Assembly (NCBI GenBank): GCA_036172345.1 | Contig: JASFBB010000180.1 | Location: forward strand, 13,946-77,945 | DNA length: 64,000 nucleotides | Reading direction: 5' to 3' | From: Anaerolineae bacterium | GTDB taxonomy: Bacteria; Chloroflexota; Anaerolineae; 4572-78; NAK82 | Shown here: in pieces, positions 18,690 to 27,358 of the stretch | Layout of the letters: every line of letters starts with the position of its first letter | How positions within the stretch are numbered: position 1 is the first letter of the stretch | Notes under the pieces: generated by a model | The model's input: only the letters and a program-made list of their open reading frames with translations | What the model was told of the DNA's origin: nothing | The model's database searches: none | Translations under genes and position numbers: made by a program

Positions 18690-19961
18690 TTAAAACACCC
18701 CTTCGGGCCAGTCGAGCATCCACACCTCGACGGTGCTGCCCGCCGGCAAGAGGGTGACGTCCTCGGGCACGACCACCAACCCGTTCGCCCACACGAGCGA
18801 TGAGAGGATGCCGGAGCCCTGTACCTGCACGCCGCTGCCGCGCGTGGTGACGTGATAGCCGTCTGTTTCGCGGCGCACTCGCGCACGCATAAAATGGCGC
18901 CGTCCGCTATTGCACACGTTCTCGTCCAGAATCGCCATGACCGACGGTTTGCGCCAGTCCGTGCGACCGCCCAACTTGAGGATGGCTGGCCGCGCAAACA
19001 CCTCGAATGCCACCACCGCCGCGACCGGGTTGCCTGGCAGACCCAACAACGGCACACCACGCACATGCCCGAACGCCAGCGGCTTGCCCGGCTTGATAGC
19101 CACCTGCCAGAAGATCATCTCGCCTTCGGCGGCAAGCACGTGCTTCACCACGTCGAAATCGCCCACCGAGACCCCTGCCGAGGTGAGAAATAGGTCGGCT
19201 CCCTGATCCAGTCCGGCGTGGATCTTCTCGGTCAGCGACTCGGGTGTGTCGCGGGCGATGCCCAGTGGCAGCGGGATGCCGCCATAGCGGCGTACCAACG
19301 CGATGGACGTGTACTCGTTCGAGTTGCGGATCTTGCCGGGTGTCACCGGTTCGTTCACGTCCACCAGCTCATCTCCGGTGGCCAGGATGGCAACGCGCGG
19401 GCGGCGAAACACACGCACCCTCGGATATCCCATCGCCGCCAGCACACCGATGTCCGCCGGTCGCAGCACATGCCCCGCGCTGAGCACCACCTGCCCTTGG
19501 CGGATATCTTCGCCGGCCAGGCGCACATTGTCGCCGCTCTGGACTGCGGCGTAGATGCGCACTTGCGCGCGCCCTTGGTCCGTGTCCTCAAAGGGCACCA
19601 CCGCGTCGCTCCCTCTCGGCATGGGTGCGCCGGTCATGATGCGCATCGTTGTGCCGGCAACGACTTCCCCTTGGGGTATGCTCCCCGCCGCCACCTCGCC
19701 GATCACGCGCAGCATCGCCGGAGCGGCACGGCTGGCGCCCGCCACGTCCTCGGCGCGCACCGCATAGCCGTCCATCGCGGCGTTGACAAAGGGGGGAATA
19801 TCAATCGGTGAAATGACATCCTCGATCAACACCCGATCCAGCGCCTCGGTGATGGGCACCGTCTCGCTGTCGAGCGGAGAGATACAGCGCAGGATGTGTT
19901 CCAGCGCCTGATCGACGCTGATATGCTGGACGGGCAGTGTGTTATCCAAGCATGGGCACAT
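18690..19961 (-). CDS. moeA: Molybdopterin molybdotransferase
   Basis: ORF track gives 18690-20048. The ATG at 19961 (MCPCLDNTLPVQHISVDQALEHIL...) gives a typical MoeA N-terminus. Body: PPFVNAAMDGYAVRAEDV, ILATGDELV, SAGVSVGDFD, IKPGKPLAFG. Confidence 0.85.
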   Translation of the reverse strand: MCPCLDNTLPVQHISVDQALEHILRCISPLDSETVPITEALDRVLIEDVISPIDIPPFVNAAMDGYAVRAEDVAGASRAAPAMLRVIGEVAAGSIPQGEVVAGTTMRIMTGAPMPRGSDAVVPFEDTDQGRAQVRIYAAVQSGDNVRLAGEDIRQGQVVLSAGHVLRPADIGVLAAMGYPRVRVFRRPRVAILATGDELVDVNEPVTPGKIRNSNEYTSIALVRRYGGIPLPLGIARDTPESLTEKIHAGLDQGADLFLTSAGVSVGDFDVVKHVLAAEGEMIFWQVAIKPGKPLAFGHVRGVPLLGLPGNPVAAVVAFEVFARPAILKLGGRTDWRKPSVMAILDENVCNSGRRHFMRARVRRETDGYHVTTRGSGVQVQGSGILSSLVWANGLVVVPEDVTLLPAGSTVEVWMLDWPEGVF

Positions 19962-21192
19962 TGTGAAACACCACTCCGCAGATGGATACGAAAGATGTGT
20001 TCTGTGCATCCGCCGGGCAGCGCTCATACCCTGTGAGGACGCCGACACTGCCTTCGGCCAGCATGCGCAGGGTCATATAAATAGGAGGCACACCGCAGAT
20101 GTTACGCCGATTGCCCTCGCGCGCGACCATCTGATAAAATGCCTCGGCATCGGCGCGCAGAATCGTTTGGATGAGCATTTCGTCCGCGGCTTGCAGGCGT
20201 AGGTAGCGCACGTAGTCCACTGGGAAAGGGTCTCCGAAAGCGGGTCCAACATGTGCCAAATCCGCCGCCGCGGCGACCAATGCACGGCGGCCCGCTATCG
20301 TGGCGCGCAGTGCTTCCAGAGCGGCGTTCAGGGTGGCATCCTCCGCCGGTGAACGCCCTTCCTCGATGAAGTGTTGAAACGAGCCACACAGGATGGGCAC
20401 CAATGCACATGGTTCACCGCCGCGCATATGATGTAGCCAGACCGTTGCCAGTTCGATCGAGTGTTCACCACGGTGGTTGATCTCCTCGCAGAAGGCCGTT
20501 TCCTCTCCGATCGCCGCTGCCACTGCCTCCACCACCTCGCGTGCTGTCGGCAACACGCCATAGGGTGTGGCATAGTTTTGTCGCGTTGGCGTGATCAAGC
20601 TGCGATAGCCGTTATGGTCAGTGCCGAAGAGGATCACCAACTCAGCCGCGCGCACCGCCGCTGCCGCGGCACGCCACACTTGCGCATACGTCGGCCCGCC
20701 GCGCTGATAATCAATGTGGGGGCTGATCAGGCCGACGACGGTGCCGCTTGTGGCGGTGGACGTGCTGTCTCCCCCTATCGCCGCCAGATAACCGTCCAGC
20801 AGGCGGCGCAACTCGCTCGGTTCGGCAGGGTAGCCATCCCCTGCCAGTGCCATCTCGCGCGCCGGCGCGGTGCGATAGCGCTGCACGGCCTGACGATAGG
20901 AGTGTGCATAGCGTTCGTTGTCCAACAACAAGGCGTTGTCGAGGTGCTCGAGCAGCTGCTGGATGATCTCTTGGGGCACATCCAGACCGGTGCGCACAAG
21001 CAGGGCAGCGCGCAATTCGTCCACCGCACGCGAGCCGTCCAACATAGCGAGCAGGGGCGCCAACGCTTGCGACACGACGATGGTAAGGTCGCTCAACCGC
21101 AGCGGATCGCGCACCAGCAACAGGGAACGCCCTCCATCCTGAAAGGGTCGCACATCCACGGCGCGTAACTTCGGTCTCAGTGTGTCGCTCAT
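19942..21192 (-). CDS. Memo-family protein (AmmeMemoRadiSam system protein B-like) with an N-terminal PqqD/RRE-like extension
   Basis: 416 aa. The C-terminal ~290 aa carry Memo motifs ISPHIDYQRGG, LFGTDHNG and GEHSIE. The N-terminal ~110 aa (KLRAVDVRPFQDGGRSLLLVRDPLRLSDLTIVVSQALAPLLAMLDGSRAVDELRAALL...IIQQLLEHLDNALLLD) resemble PqqD-type peptide-recognition domains. Confidence 0.8.
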   Translation of the reverse strand: MSDTLRPKLRAVDVRPFQDGGRSLLLVRDPLRLSDLTIVVSQALAPLLAMLDGSRAVDELRAALLVRTGLDVPQEIIQQLLEHLDNALLLDNERYAHSYRQAVQRYRTAPAREMALAGDGYPAEPSELRRLLDGYLAAIGGDSTSTATSGTVVGLISPHIDYQRGGPTYAQVWRAAAAAVRAAELVILFGTDHNGYRSLITPTRQNYATPYGVLPTAREVVEAVAAAIGEETAFCEEINHRGEHSIELATVWLHHMRGGEPCALVPILCGSFQHFIEEGRSPAEDATLNAALEALRATIAGRRALVAAAADLAHVGPAFGDPFPVDYVRYLRLQAADEMLIQTILRADAEAFYQMVAREGNRRNICGVPPIYMTLRMLAEGSVGVLTGYERCPADAQNTSFVSICGVVFHNVPMLG

Positions 21193-21218
21193 GGTTATGT
21201 CACATCACCATTTGGAGA

Positions 21219-22466
21219 TCAGATGGTCTGGCCCGACTCGATGCTCAGCGTGGGGAAGTCCGTCTCGCGTCGGAAAGGCTGCACCACCACATTGCGCCCC
21301 AAACGGATGCCAGGTGGCAGATGGACGCCCTTGCCGATGACGGTCAACCCGGTGTTCAAGACATGGGGCAGTGCCTGGTTGGGTGTGTTGTCGTCTCCAT
21401 CACCGATTACAGCGCCTTCGGGGATGTGCACCTCCTTGTCGATGATGGCGCGATCGATGACGGCACCCGGTCCTACCCAGGTGTCGTTCATGATGATCGA
21501 GTCGCGCACGGTGGCGCCTTCGGAAATGTACACCCCGGGCGAGATGACGGAGCGCTCCACGACACCCTCCACGATGCACCCGTTGGAGAGCAGGTTGCCG
21601 CCCACCTGGGCGCGTGGGCCGATCTTGGCAGGCGGGCGTTCCTCGCTGCGCGTGTGGATCACCCAATCCGGATCGTAGAGGTCGAGCGCGGGACTTTCAC
21701 CCAAGAGGGCCATGTTCGCCTCCCAGTAGGCCTGCAGCGTGCCGATGTCGGCCCAGTACCCCTCAAACGGATAGGCGAACACGCGGTGCGTCTTGACGAG
21801 GGCCGGCAACACATCCCGCCCGAAGTCCAGGCGCGCGCTGCCCTCGTCTCCGGTCAGGCAGTCCACCAAGATGGGATAGCGGAAGACGTAGATGCCCATC
21901 GAGGCGAGGTTGGAGATCGGACGGCGCGGTTTCTCCTCGAAATAGACTATGCGATCCTCGGCGTCCAGCGTGACGATGCCAAAACGGTAGGCCTCAAACG
22001 GACTGACGCGGCGCACTGCGATCGTCACATCCGCCTTGTGTTCTTCGTGAAAGCGCAGCATGGGGCGATAGTCCATCTTATAGACGTGATCGCCTGCCAG
22101 GATGAGCACAGTGTCCACGCGCTGCTCTTCGATGAAGTCGAGGTGATAGCGCACCGCATCGGCAGTGCCGCGTTGCCAGCTCGCTTGACCGCCGCGCGAG
22201 ACGTAGGGTTGTAGCAGACGTACACCCCCCTGGGAGCGGTCGAGATCCCACGGCTTGCCCACGCCCACATGCTCATTGAGTGAACGCGGCATGTACTGGG
22301 TGAGCAGTGCCACGTTGAAAATGTCCGAATTGACGCAGTTGGACAGGGCAAAGTCGATGATGCGATACTTGCCGCCAAATGGGATCGCTGGCTCGGAGCG
22401 CGTGGCTGTCAACACGCTCAGCGCTTCGCTGGCACCACCTGCCATAATCATCGCCAAGACCTTCAT
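21219..22466 (-). CDS. glgC: Glucose-1-phosphate adenylyltransferase
   Basis: 415 aa. [42 protein letters not shown], a C-terminal beta-helix region, and the [10 protein letters not shown] motif. Confidence 0.9.
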   Translation of the reverse strand: MKVLAMIMAGGASEALSVLTATRSEPAIPFGGKYRIIDFALSNCVNSDIFNVALLTQYMPRSLNEHVGVGKPWDLDRSQGGVRLLQPYVSRGGQASWQRGTADAVRYHLDFIEEQRVDTVLILAGDHVYKMDYRPMLRFHEEHKADVTIAVRRVSPFEAYRFGIVTLDAEDRIVYFEEKPRRPISNLASMGIYVFRYPILVDCLTGDEGSARLDFGRDVLPALVKTHRVFAYPFEGYWADIGTLQAYWEANMALLGESPALDLYDPDWVIHTRSEERPPAKIGPRAQVGGNLLSNGCIVEGVVERSVISPGVYISEGATVRDSIIMNDTWVGPGAVIDRAIIDKEVHIPEGAVIGDGDDNTPNQALPHVLNTGLTVIGKGVHLPPGIRLGRNVVVQPFRRETDFPTLSIESGQTI

Positions 22467-22791
22467 CCTCTCCTCCTAATGCCTCTCTCGGGGAGAACAA
22501 GCCGATAGGTACGCCTTCAGTATAGCATGCCGTCGCACTGAGCGACAACTGAGGAAAGTTTTTTTGCTCGCTCTCCTACGAAGAGGTGCAGACAATAGTG
22601 CGGGCTAGCGGCTTCGCTCCGCGCAGAAAAGTCGCCGATGCGTTATGGACCAATCTGCTCGGTGGCAAATATGGGTGGGATATGGTAGAAATAGTGTGCT
22701 CGATTGAAAGAGCCATTACGCTTGATCGGCAACTCGACAAGACGTTTCCGGCGAAAAGTGTCCACAACAGAAAGGCAGAATTCCTAGGAGA

Positions 22792-23418
22792 ATGGACCCC
22801 CGTGTATTGGATTGGGCTATGCGCCTGAATGCCCTGGCGCAGAACGGATTGGTCTTCGCTGCTAATCCCTATGATATTGAACGATACCGAGCGATCCAGG
22901 GGATCGCGCACGAGATGTTGGCTGGGGCCGTTAACATGACAGTGGAGCAGGTGTCTGCTCTGTTCCAGCATGAACCCGGCTATGTCACCCCGAAAATTGA
23001 TGTGCGCGGAGTGGTATTTCGCGGTGACGCCATGTTGTTCGTGCGCGAACGCGCCGATCACAACCGGTGGACGTTGCCCGGCGGCTGGGCAGATGTCGGT
23101 GACACGCCCAGCCAGAGTGTGGAGCGGGAGATCTTTGAAGAATCCGGCTATCGCACCCGCGCGGTAAAGGTATTGGCCCTCTATGATCGCCGGAAGCACG
23201 GGCACGCGCCTCCCAGCCCGTTCCACATCTACAAGATTTTCTTCCGATGTGAGCTGCTCGGAGGGGAGGCTGTTGATAGTATCGAGACCAGTGAGGCCGC
23301 TTTCTTCCGCGAGGACGAGATCCCCGCCGATCTTTCTCTGAGTCGAGTCACCCCGTCACAGGTGGCGCGCATGTTCGAACACTATCGCCACCCCGATCTG
23401 CCGACCGACTTCGACTGA
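22792..23418 (+). CDS. NUDIX hydrolase with an N-terminal Nudix_N-type domain
   Basis: 208 aa. Nudix box [24 protein letters not shown]. The N-terminal helical domain [25 protein letters not shown] is typical of this subfamily. Confidence 0.85.
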   Translation: MDPRVLDWAMRLNALAQNGLVFAANPYDIERYRAIQGIAHEMLAGAVNMTVEQVSALFQHEPGYVTPKIDVRGVVFRGDAMLFVRERADHNRWTLPGGWADVGDTPSQSVEREIFEESGYRTRAVKVLALYDRRKHGHAPPSPFHIYKIFFRCELLGGEAVDSIETSEAAFFREDEIPADLSLSRVTPSQVARMFEHYRHPDLPTDFD

Positions 23419-23581
23419 CCGCGTATCTCCGTGGAGCGCGCTCTCGTTACGGCGATGAAAAAAGGATTCTGCCGAGCAGCTCTCTACAGTAGGGCAAAGA
23501 TTGTCCGATTTCTCGAAGAAAGAGTATCATAAGGACATCTCATGCATTCAGAACACTATAGAGAGAAAGGAGATATCATCT

Positions 23582-24037
23582 GTGGAAGATCTGAGAACCG
23601 TCGAGGGTATTCTGGACTTTGCCATCCGTGGCGAGGAAGAGTCGATCCAATTCTACACCGACCTGGCCAAGAAGACCGTCCGTCCTGGGATGGAGCACAT
23701 CTTCCTCCAGTTTGCCGATGAGGAACGCGGGCACAAGGCCAAGCTGTTGGCAGTCAAGGCGGGCAAGCAATTACAACCAGCTGCTTCTAGGCTTGCCGAT
23801 TTACGCATCACGGATTTCTTGGTCGATGTGACACCCGGCCCTGATTTGGATTATCAAGGTGCGCTCATCGTGGCGATGAAGAAGGAAAAGGCTGCCTTCG
23901 CCCTATACAATCAGCTGGCCGAGCTGGCTCCAGAGCCAAGCTTGCGGGATCTGTTGCTTGCCCTGGCCCAGGAAGAGGCCAAGCACAAGCTGCGGTTTGA
24001 GATAGAGTATGACCATGTGGTGCTGAAGGACAATTGA
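23582..24037 (+). CDS. Rubrerythrin/ferritin-like diiron protein (no rubredoxin domain)
   Basis: ORF-track frame starts at TTG 23501. The in-frame GTG at 23582 has RBS AAGGAG 9 nt upstream. Two E..ExxH-type motifs (GEEESIQFY...ADEERGHKAKL and MKKEKAAFALY...AQEEAKHKLRF). Confidence 0.75.
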   Translation: MEDLRTVEGILDFAIRGEEESIQFYTDLAKKTVRPGMEHIFLQFADEERGHKAKLLAVKAGKQLQPAASRLADLRITDFLVDVTPGPDLDYQGALIVAMKKEKAAFALYNQLAELAPEPSLRDLLLALAQEEAKHKLRFEIEYDHVVLKDN

Positions 24038-24103
24038 CCCTTGTGCGGTATGTGCTTCGCTTATTCGGTGGTCTGAGAGATCTCTCGAATGAGGTGTGTG
24101 CCT

Positions 24104-24760
24104 ATGGGATTGTTGAAGGAACAGGATAAGAGTGTGCTTCGCCAGGCGTTTCAAGCGTTGCAGCAGCCGGTCAAGCTGGTCGTTTTCACCCAGCCGATGG
24201 AATGCATGTACTGCCGCGAGACGCGCGAAATTGCCGAAGAGGTCGCGGAGCTTTCGGACAAGATCTCGCTGGAAGTATTTGACTTCATCCAAGATCGCGA
24301 GGCGGTTGATCGCTATACGATTCGGCGCATCCCGGCCATCGTGGTGATGCGCGGCGGGGATCAGCCCAAGGATTTCGGCATCCGCTTCTATGGCATCCCG
24401 GCCGGTTATGAGTTCACCCCTTTTATAGAGGATATCCTCATGGTATCGCGCGGGGACTCTGGCCTCAGCGAGGCGGGTCGGGCGCTGCTGGCGGAACTGA
24501 CCAAGCCCTTGCACATCCAGGTGTTTGTGGCGCCTACCTGTCCGTATTGTCCCCAGGCGGTGCGCCTGGCCCATCAGATGGCGTTGCAAAGCGACCTAGT
24601 GCAGGCAGATATGATCGAAATCACCGAGTTTCCCCACCTGGCGCTCTTCTATCAGGTGCAAGGCGTGCCGCGCACGGTGATCAATGACAGGATCAAGGTC
24701 GAGGGGGCTGTTCCAGAAGCTGCTATGCTGGAGTGGATCAGGGAAGCGATGCGCTCATAG
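24104..24760 (+). CDS. Protein disulfide oxidoreductase (PDO-type, two thioredoxin folds; glutaredoxin-like)
   Basis: Internal ATG with RBS GAGGTG. Two redox motifs, CMYC (N-terminal unit) and CPYC (C-terminal unit), plus GVPRTVIN, as in archaeal/thermophile PDOs. Confidence 0.8.
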   Translation: MGLLKEQDKSVLRQAFQALQQPVKLVVFTQPMECMYCRETREIAEEVAELSDKISLEVFDFIQDREAVDRYTIRRIPAIVVMRGGDQPKDFGIRFYGIPAGYEFTPFIEDILMVSRGDSGLSEAGRALLAELTKPLHIQVFVAPTCPYCPQAVRLAHQMALQSDLVQADMIEITEFPHLALFYQVQGVPRTVINDRIKVEGAVPEAAMLEWIREAMRS

Positions 24761-24766
24761 TGCGCT

Positions 24767-24958
24767 GTGGGGTTCGGAGACGGTCAGCGGTGGATGACGG
24801 TTTCCATCGGAAACCATCGCTTTGCAGCGGGCGAGCACAAGCGCATCGTGGTCAAGATCGTGAACGACCGGGGGATCGAGGGCCTGAAGGCAAGGGACCT
24901 TCAGGGTGAGGTCGTTTGGCATCGAAATGCTCTATCTGTCCAAACGTGTGCCTGCTAA
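24767..24958 (+). pseudogene. Probable C-terminal remnant of a DNA methyltransferase (type III Mod-like tail)
   Basis: The translation ...GEHKRIVVKIVNDRGIEGLKARDL... resembles the conserved extreme C-terminus (xIAVKVIDxxGxExxKV) of N6/N4 methyltransferases that precede Res genes. No methyltransferase body lies upstream; the PDO gene stops at 24760. Confidence 0.4.
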
Positions 24959-24989
24959 TCGGTGCCCCAGGCGGACTGAGGAAATACGG

Positions 24990-25210
24990 GTATGGCCCGC
25001 ACCCCCATTGACCACTTGATCATCAACTCGCTTTATGAAGAGCCGGCGTGCCACTGGCGCTACGTGCACCTTTGATTAGGTGGAAGGCCGCTGCACGACG
25101 GGCTACGTGGTGGTTACGCCTGGTTCAAAGCCCTTTGACGACCCCGGCATCTTCGTCGAGATTCCGCTGGTCAATTAGATCCGCCCGCGTGTCAAGGCCT
25201 GGCGCGGGCG
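24990..25210 (+). pseudogene. Disrupted N-terminal remnant of a type III restriction Res-like helicase/endonuclease
   Basis: MARTPIDHLIINSLYEEPACHWRYVHL then a stop. After a frame change it continues EGRCTTGYVVVTPGSKPFDDPGIFVEIPLVN(stop)IRPRVKAWRG. This matches the typical Res N-terminus (PIINSPYEEPxxHW ... RRxxGY ... VNxIRxxVxxWR). No helicase body follows. Confidence 0.5.
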
Positions 25211-25496
25211 TTTCTCGTCGCGGGTCTGGAAGGCGGGCGCCCAGCTCGCCGCCCAACACGCCGCTGTAGCTGCCAGCGCATCGTTCGCTCTGTGCTGCGG
25301 CTCGCGCGCGTGCCGTTAGCCAGCGCCCAAAACGCCGCTCAATCGCACAGAGCGGGCGCATGGCAGGGGAAGACTGCCGTTCACGCCGCTGCAGGCCACT
25401 GCGGGCAATGGCACAGCAGGGCGGGAACCCCATCATGTGAAACCACTTGGGCAGCGTGACACTCGGCGTAACCCCCTGATTTCTTGAGATCTCTGT

Positions 25497-26249
25497 TCAG
25501 TAGGCAACGCGCTGCTGTTTCAGCACGCTCACGAGCGTCTCCAGCGCAGCCACCAAAATCATGGCGCTGATATCGGTGACCACAATCAGCGTCATAGCAT
25601 AGATCAGGAAATTGACAGCCTCTCGGAACAAGACGTGTGCATTTTCGGTCAACTCGAGTCTCCAGCCGGACAGCAGGAGCGCAAGTGCGACAAGCCCCAT
25701 GAAAATGAGGACGGGTCGCCAAGCTTCTCGATCGGCCGGGCTGGGTAGCATACGGTTTGCGACGGAGAAGAGGAGATAGACCCACAACCAAAAGTCCGGC
25801 AGCCTTGCCGACGCTCCCAGTTCATTCCAGACAGCTTGCCAGTTTCCTTGGAGCACCAGAGTGCCCAACGTATCCAACTGTAGATGTGTCCCGATGGCAA
25901 CCGCTGCGAGGCTGCCCGTTATAAGCGGAGCCAGTCCGATCAGGCTGCTGCGCAGGGGGTCGGCGCGACTTACTTGCACCGAGCCCAGCCAGACGGCATC
26001 TTTTTTCCTGCGCGGCCAAATCTCTAGGCGACCGGTGCGCACGCCTAACAGGCACGCGACGAGCCAATGGCTCAGCTCATGTACGAGGGTGCCCGGCAGG
26101 AAAATGACAAAGAACATCCATAGAGCCACCTCGCGGTGGCCCGTGATCAAATATGCCAGGCCCTGCAAATGCGCTTCAAGCCAGCGATGCAGCACTAGCA
26201 TCGCCACGAAGGTTGCAGCAAGCCAGAGAATGGAAATCCAGATTTCCAA
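25497..26249 (-). CDS. Integral membrane protein with an HExxH zincin motif (putative intramembrane metalloprotease)
   Basis: 250 aa, about 6 TM segments. LPGTLVHELSHWLVACLLG contains HELSH. No finer family assignment is possible by eye. Confidence 0.6.
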   Translation of the reverse strand: MEIWISILWLAATFVAMLVLHRWLEAHLQGLAYLITGHREVALWMFFVIFLPGTLVHELSHWLVACLLGVRTGRLEIWPRRKKDAVWLGSVQVSRADPLRSSLIGLAPLITGSLAAVAIGTHLQLDTLGTLVLQGNWQAVWNELGASARLPDFWLWVYLLFSVANRMLPSPADREAWRPVLIFMGLVALALLLSGWRLELTENAHVLFREAVNFLIYAMTLIVVTDISAMILVAALETLVSVLKQQRVAY

Positions 26250-26321
26250 AATATCTCGAGGTCGTGTGCTGATTATCGTCCTAAGGAGAAGGGCGGGGCA
26301 TCATCTGGCCTTGAGGTCTTT

Positions 26322-27086
26322 CTAGACTAAGGTCGCCTTGACAATGGCAGCGAAGCTCTCGGCCTTGAGGCTTGCTCCGCCCACCAAAGCGCCGTCGATT
26401 TCAGGCTGGCGTGCGAAGTCGGCCATATTGTCGGGCTTGACGCTTCCGCCATATTGGACGCGTATTGTCTGAGCGGTCTCTTCGCCGTATAGCTCTGCCA
26501 GCACGCCGCGGATGCTGATCCCAATGATGCGATTGACATCTGCAGGCTCTGCCGGGATGCCGGTGCCGATTGCCCAGACCGGTTCATAGGCGATGATCAC
26601 GCGCGAGGCTTCCTGGCGACTGAGCCCCTGGAATGCTGCCCGCACCTGGCCTCCTACGATGGCGGCCGTCTGTCCGGCGCGGTTCTGTTCCAAGTTCTCG
26701 CCCACACACACAATCGGGATCAGGCCATGAGTTAATGCGGCTTTGGTTTTCTTATTGACGCTTTCATCTGTCTCGCCGAAGTATTGGCGACGCTCTGAAT
26801 GTCCCAGGATGACATATTGGCACAGTTCGGCCACCATCAGCGGGGAGATCTCACCAGTGAATGCACCTTGTTCCTCGAAATACATGTTCTGAGCGCCCAG
26901 CTTGATCCACGAGCCGCCCAATGTGTCACGCACGGCGGATAAGGCGGTGAAGGGTGGACAAAGCACAACCTCAATGCCTTGCACGTCGAGCAGCTCGCGG
27001 CGCACTTCGCGCGTGAGGTCAATCGCCTCTCGGATGGTCTTGTGCATCTTCCAATTAGCAGCCACGATGGGAGTTCGCATAGCCAT
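26322..27086 (-). CDS. tpiA: Triosephosphate isomerase
   Basis: AANWKMHK, GHSERRQYF and IAYEPVWAIGTG. ORF track extends to 27134; MAMRTPIVAANWKMHK (ATG 27086 or 27080) gives a canonical N-terminus. Confidence 0.9.
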   Translation of the reverse strand: MAMRTPIVAANWKMHKTIREAIDLTREVRRELLDVQGIEVVLCPPFTALSAVRDTLGGSWIKLGAQNMYFEEQGAFTGEISPLMVAELCQYVILGHSERRQYFGETDESVNKKTKAALTHGLIPIVCVGENLEQNRAGQTAAIVGGQVRAAFQGLSRQEASRVIIAYEPVWAIGTGIPAEPADVNRIIGISIRGVLAELYGEETAQTIRVQYGGSVKPDNMADFARQPEIDGALVGGASLKAESFAAIVKATLV

Positions 27087-27189
27087 TTGCTCCTTAGGAT
27101 ACAATGGGGTATTGTATGCCGAAAATGCTACCATAGTCTGCTCAATATAGCCAATGTGGAATGGGAACGAGAAAGCTTGTGCCCCTCTT

Positions 27190-27218
27190 TTGACAAGCGT
27201 CTATGGTCATGCTACCAT
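27190..27218 (+). promoter_or_regulatory. Sigma-70-like promoter candidate for fhs
   Basis: TTGACA (27190-27195), 17-nt spacer, TACCAT (27213-27218). Would give a leader of about 135 nt. Confidence 0.4.
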
Positions 27219-27358
27219 CTTCGCAGCTTCGACACGTTCTGGACAGGCAATGTACGGCGGAAATCCTTTCTCAATCCATTCCCCATCTCGTAGTCACCAC
27301 ACTTGCAAGCGAGCGCTATGAAAGCGGTTCGAGACAAAAACGAAAGGGAGAGGCTGCT

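Noticed and set aside
18264-18690. Molybdenum-cofactor riboswitch near moeA. Also the 81-aa and 70-aa ORFs (18388-18633 on -, 18412-18624 on +) as real proteins.
   Set aside because: The region is downstream (3') of moeA, not in its leader, so a Moco riboswitch controlling moeA is positionally excluded. The two ORFs overlap each other on opposite strands, have no RBS and show no protein-like composition.
25210-25480. An inverted segment of the Res pseudogene. The minus-strand translations GVTPSVTLPKWF and CAIERRFGRWLT vaguely resemble the GYxGVT...LLxHW and FFCQxEAxETxIWL motifs expected just after the plus-strand fragment.
   Set aside because: The similarity is only a few scattered residues in GC-rich sequence that is open in several frames. 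It cannot be distinguished from chance by eye. I report the locus only as a degraded remnant.
27219-27358. ZTP (pfl-motif) or THF riboswitch in the ~135-nt fhs leader, since fhs is a classic target of both.
   Set aside because: I could not find the conserved ZTP elements (no CCGCCTGGGC-like 3' module and no GGGTCGTGAC-like 5' module) or a convincing pseudoknotted fold. A covariance-model scan would be decisive, and a hit would overturn this rejection.
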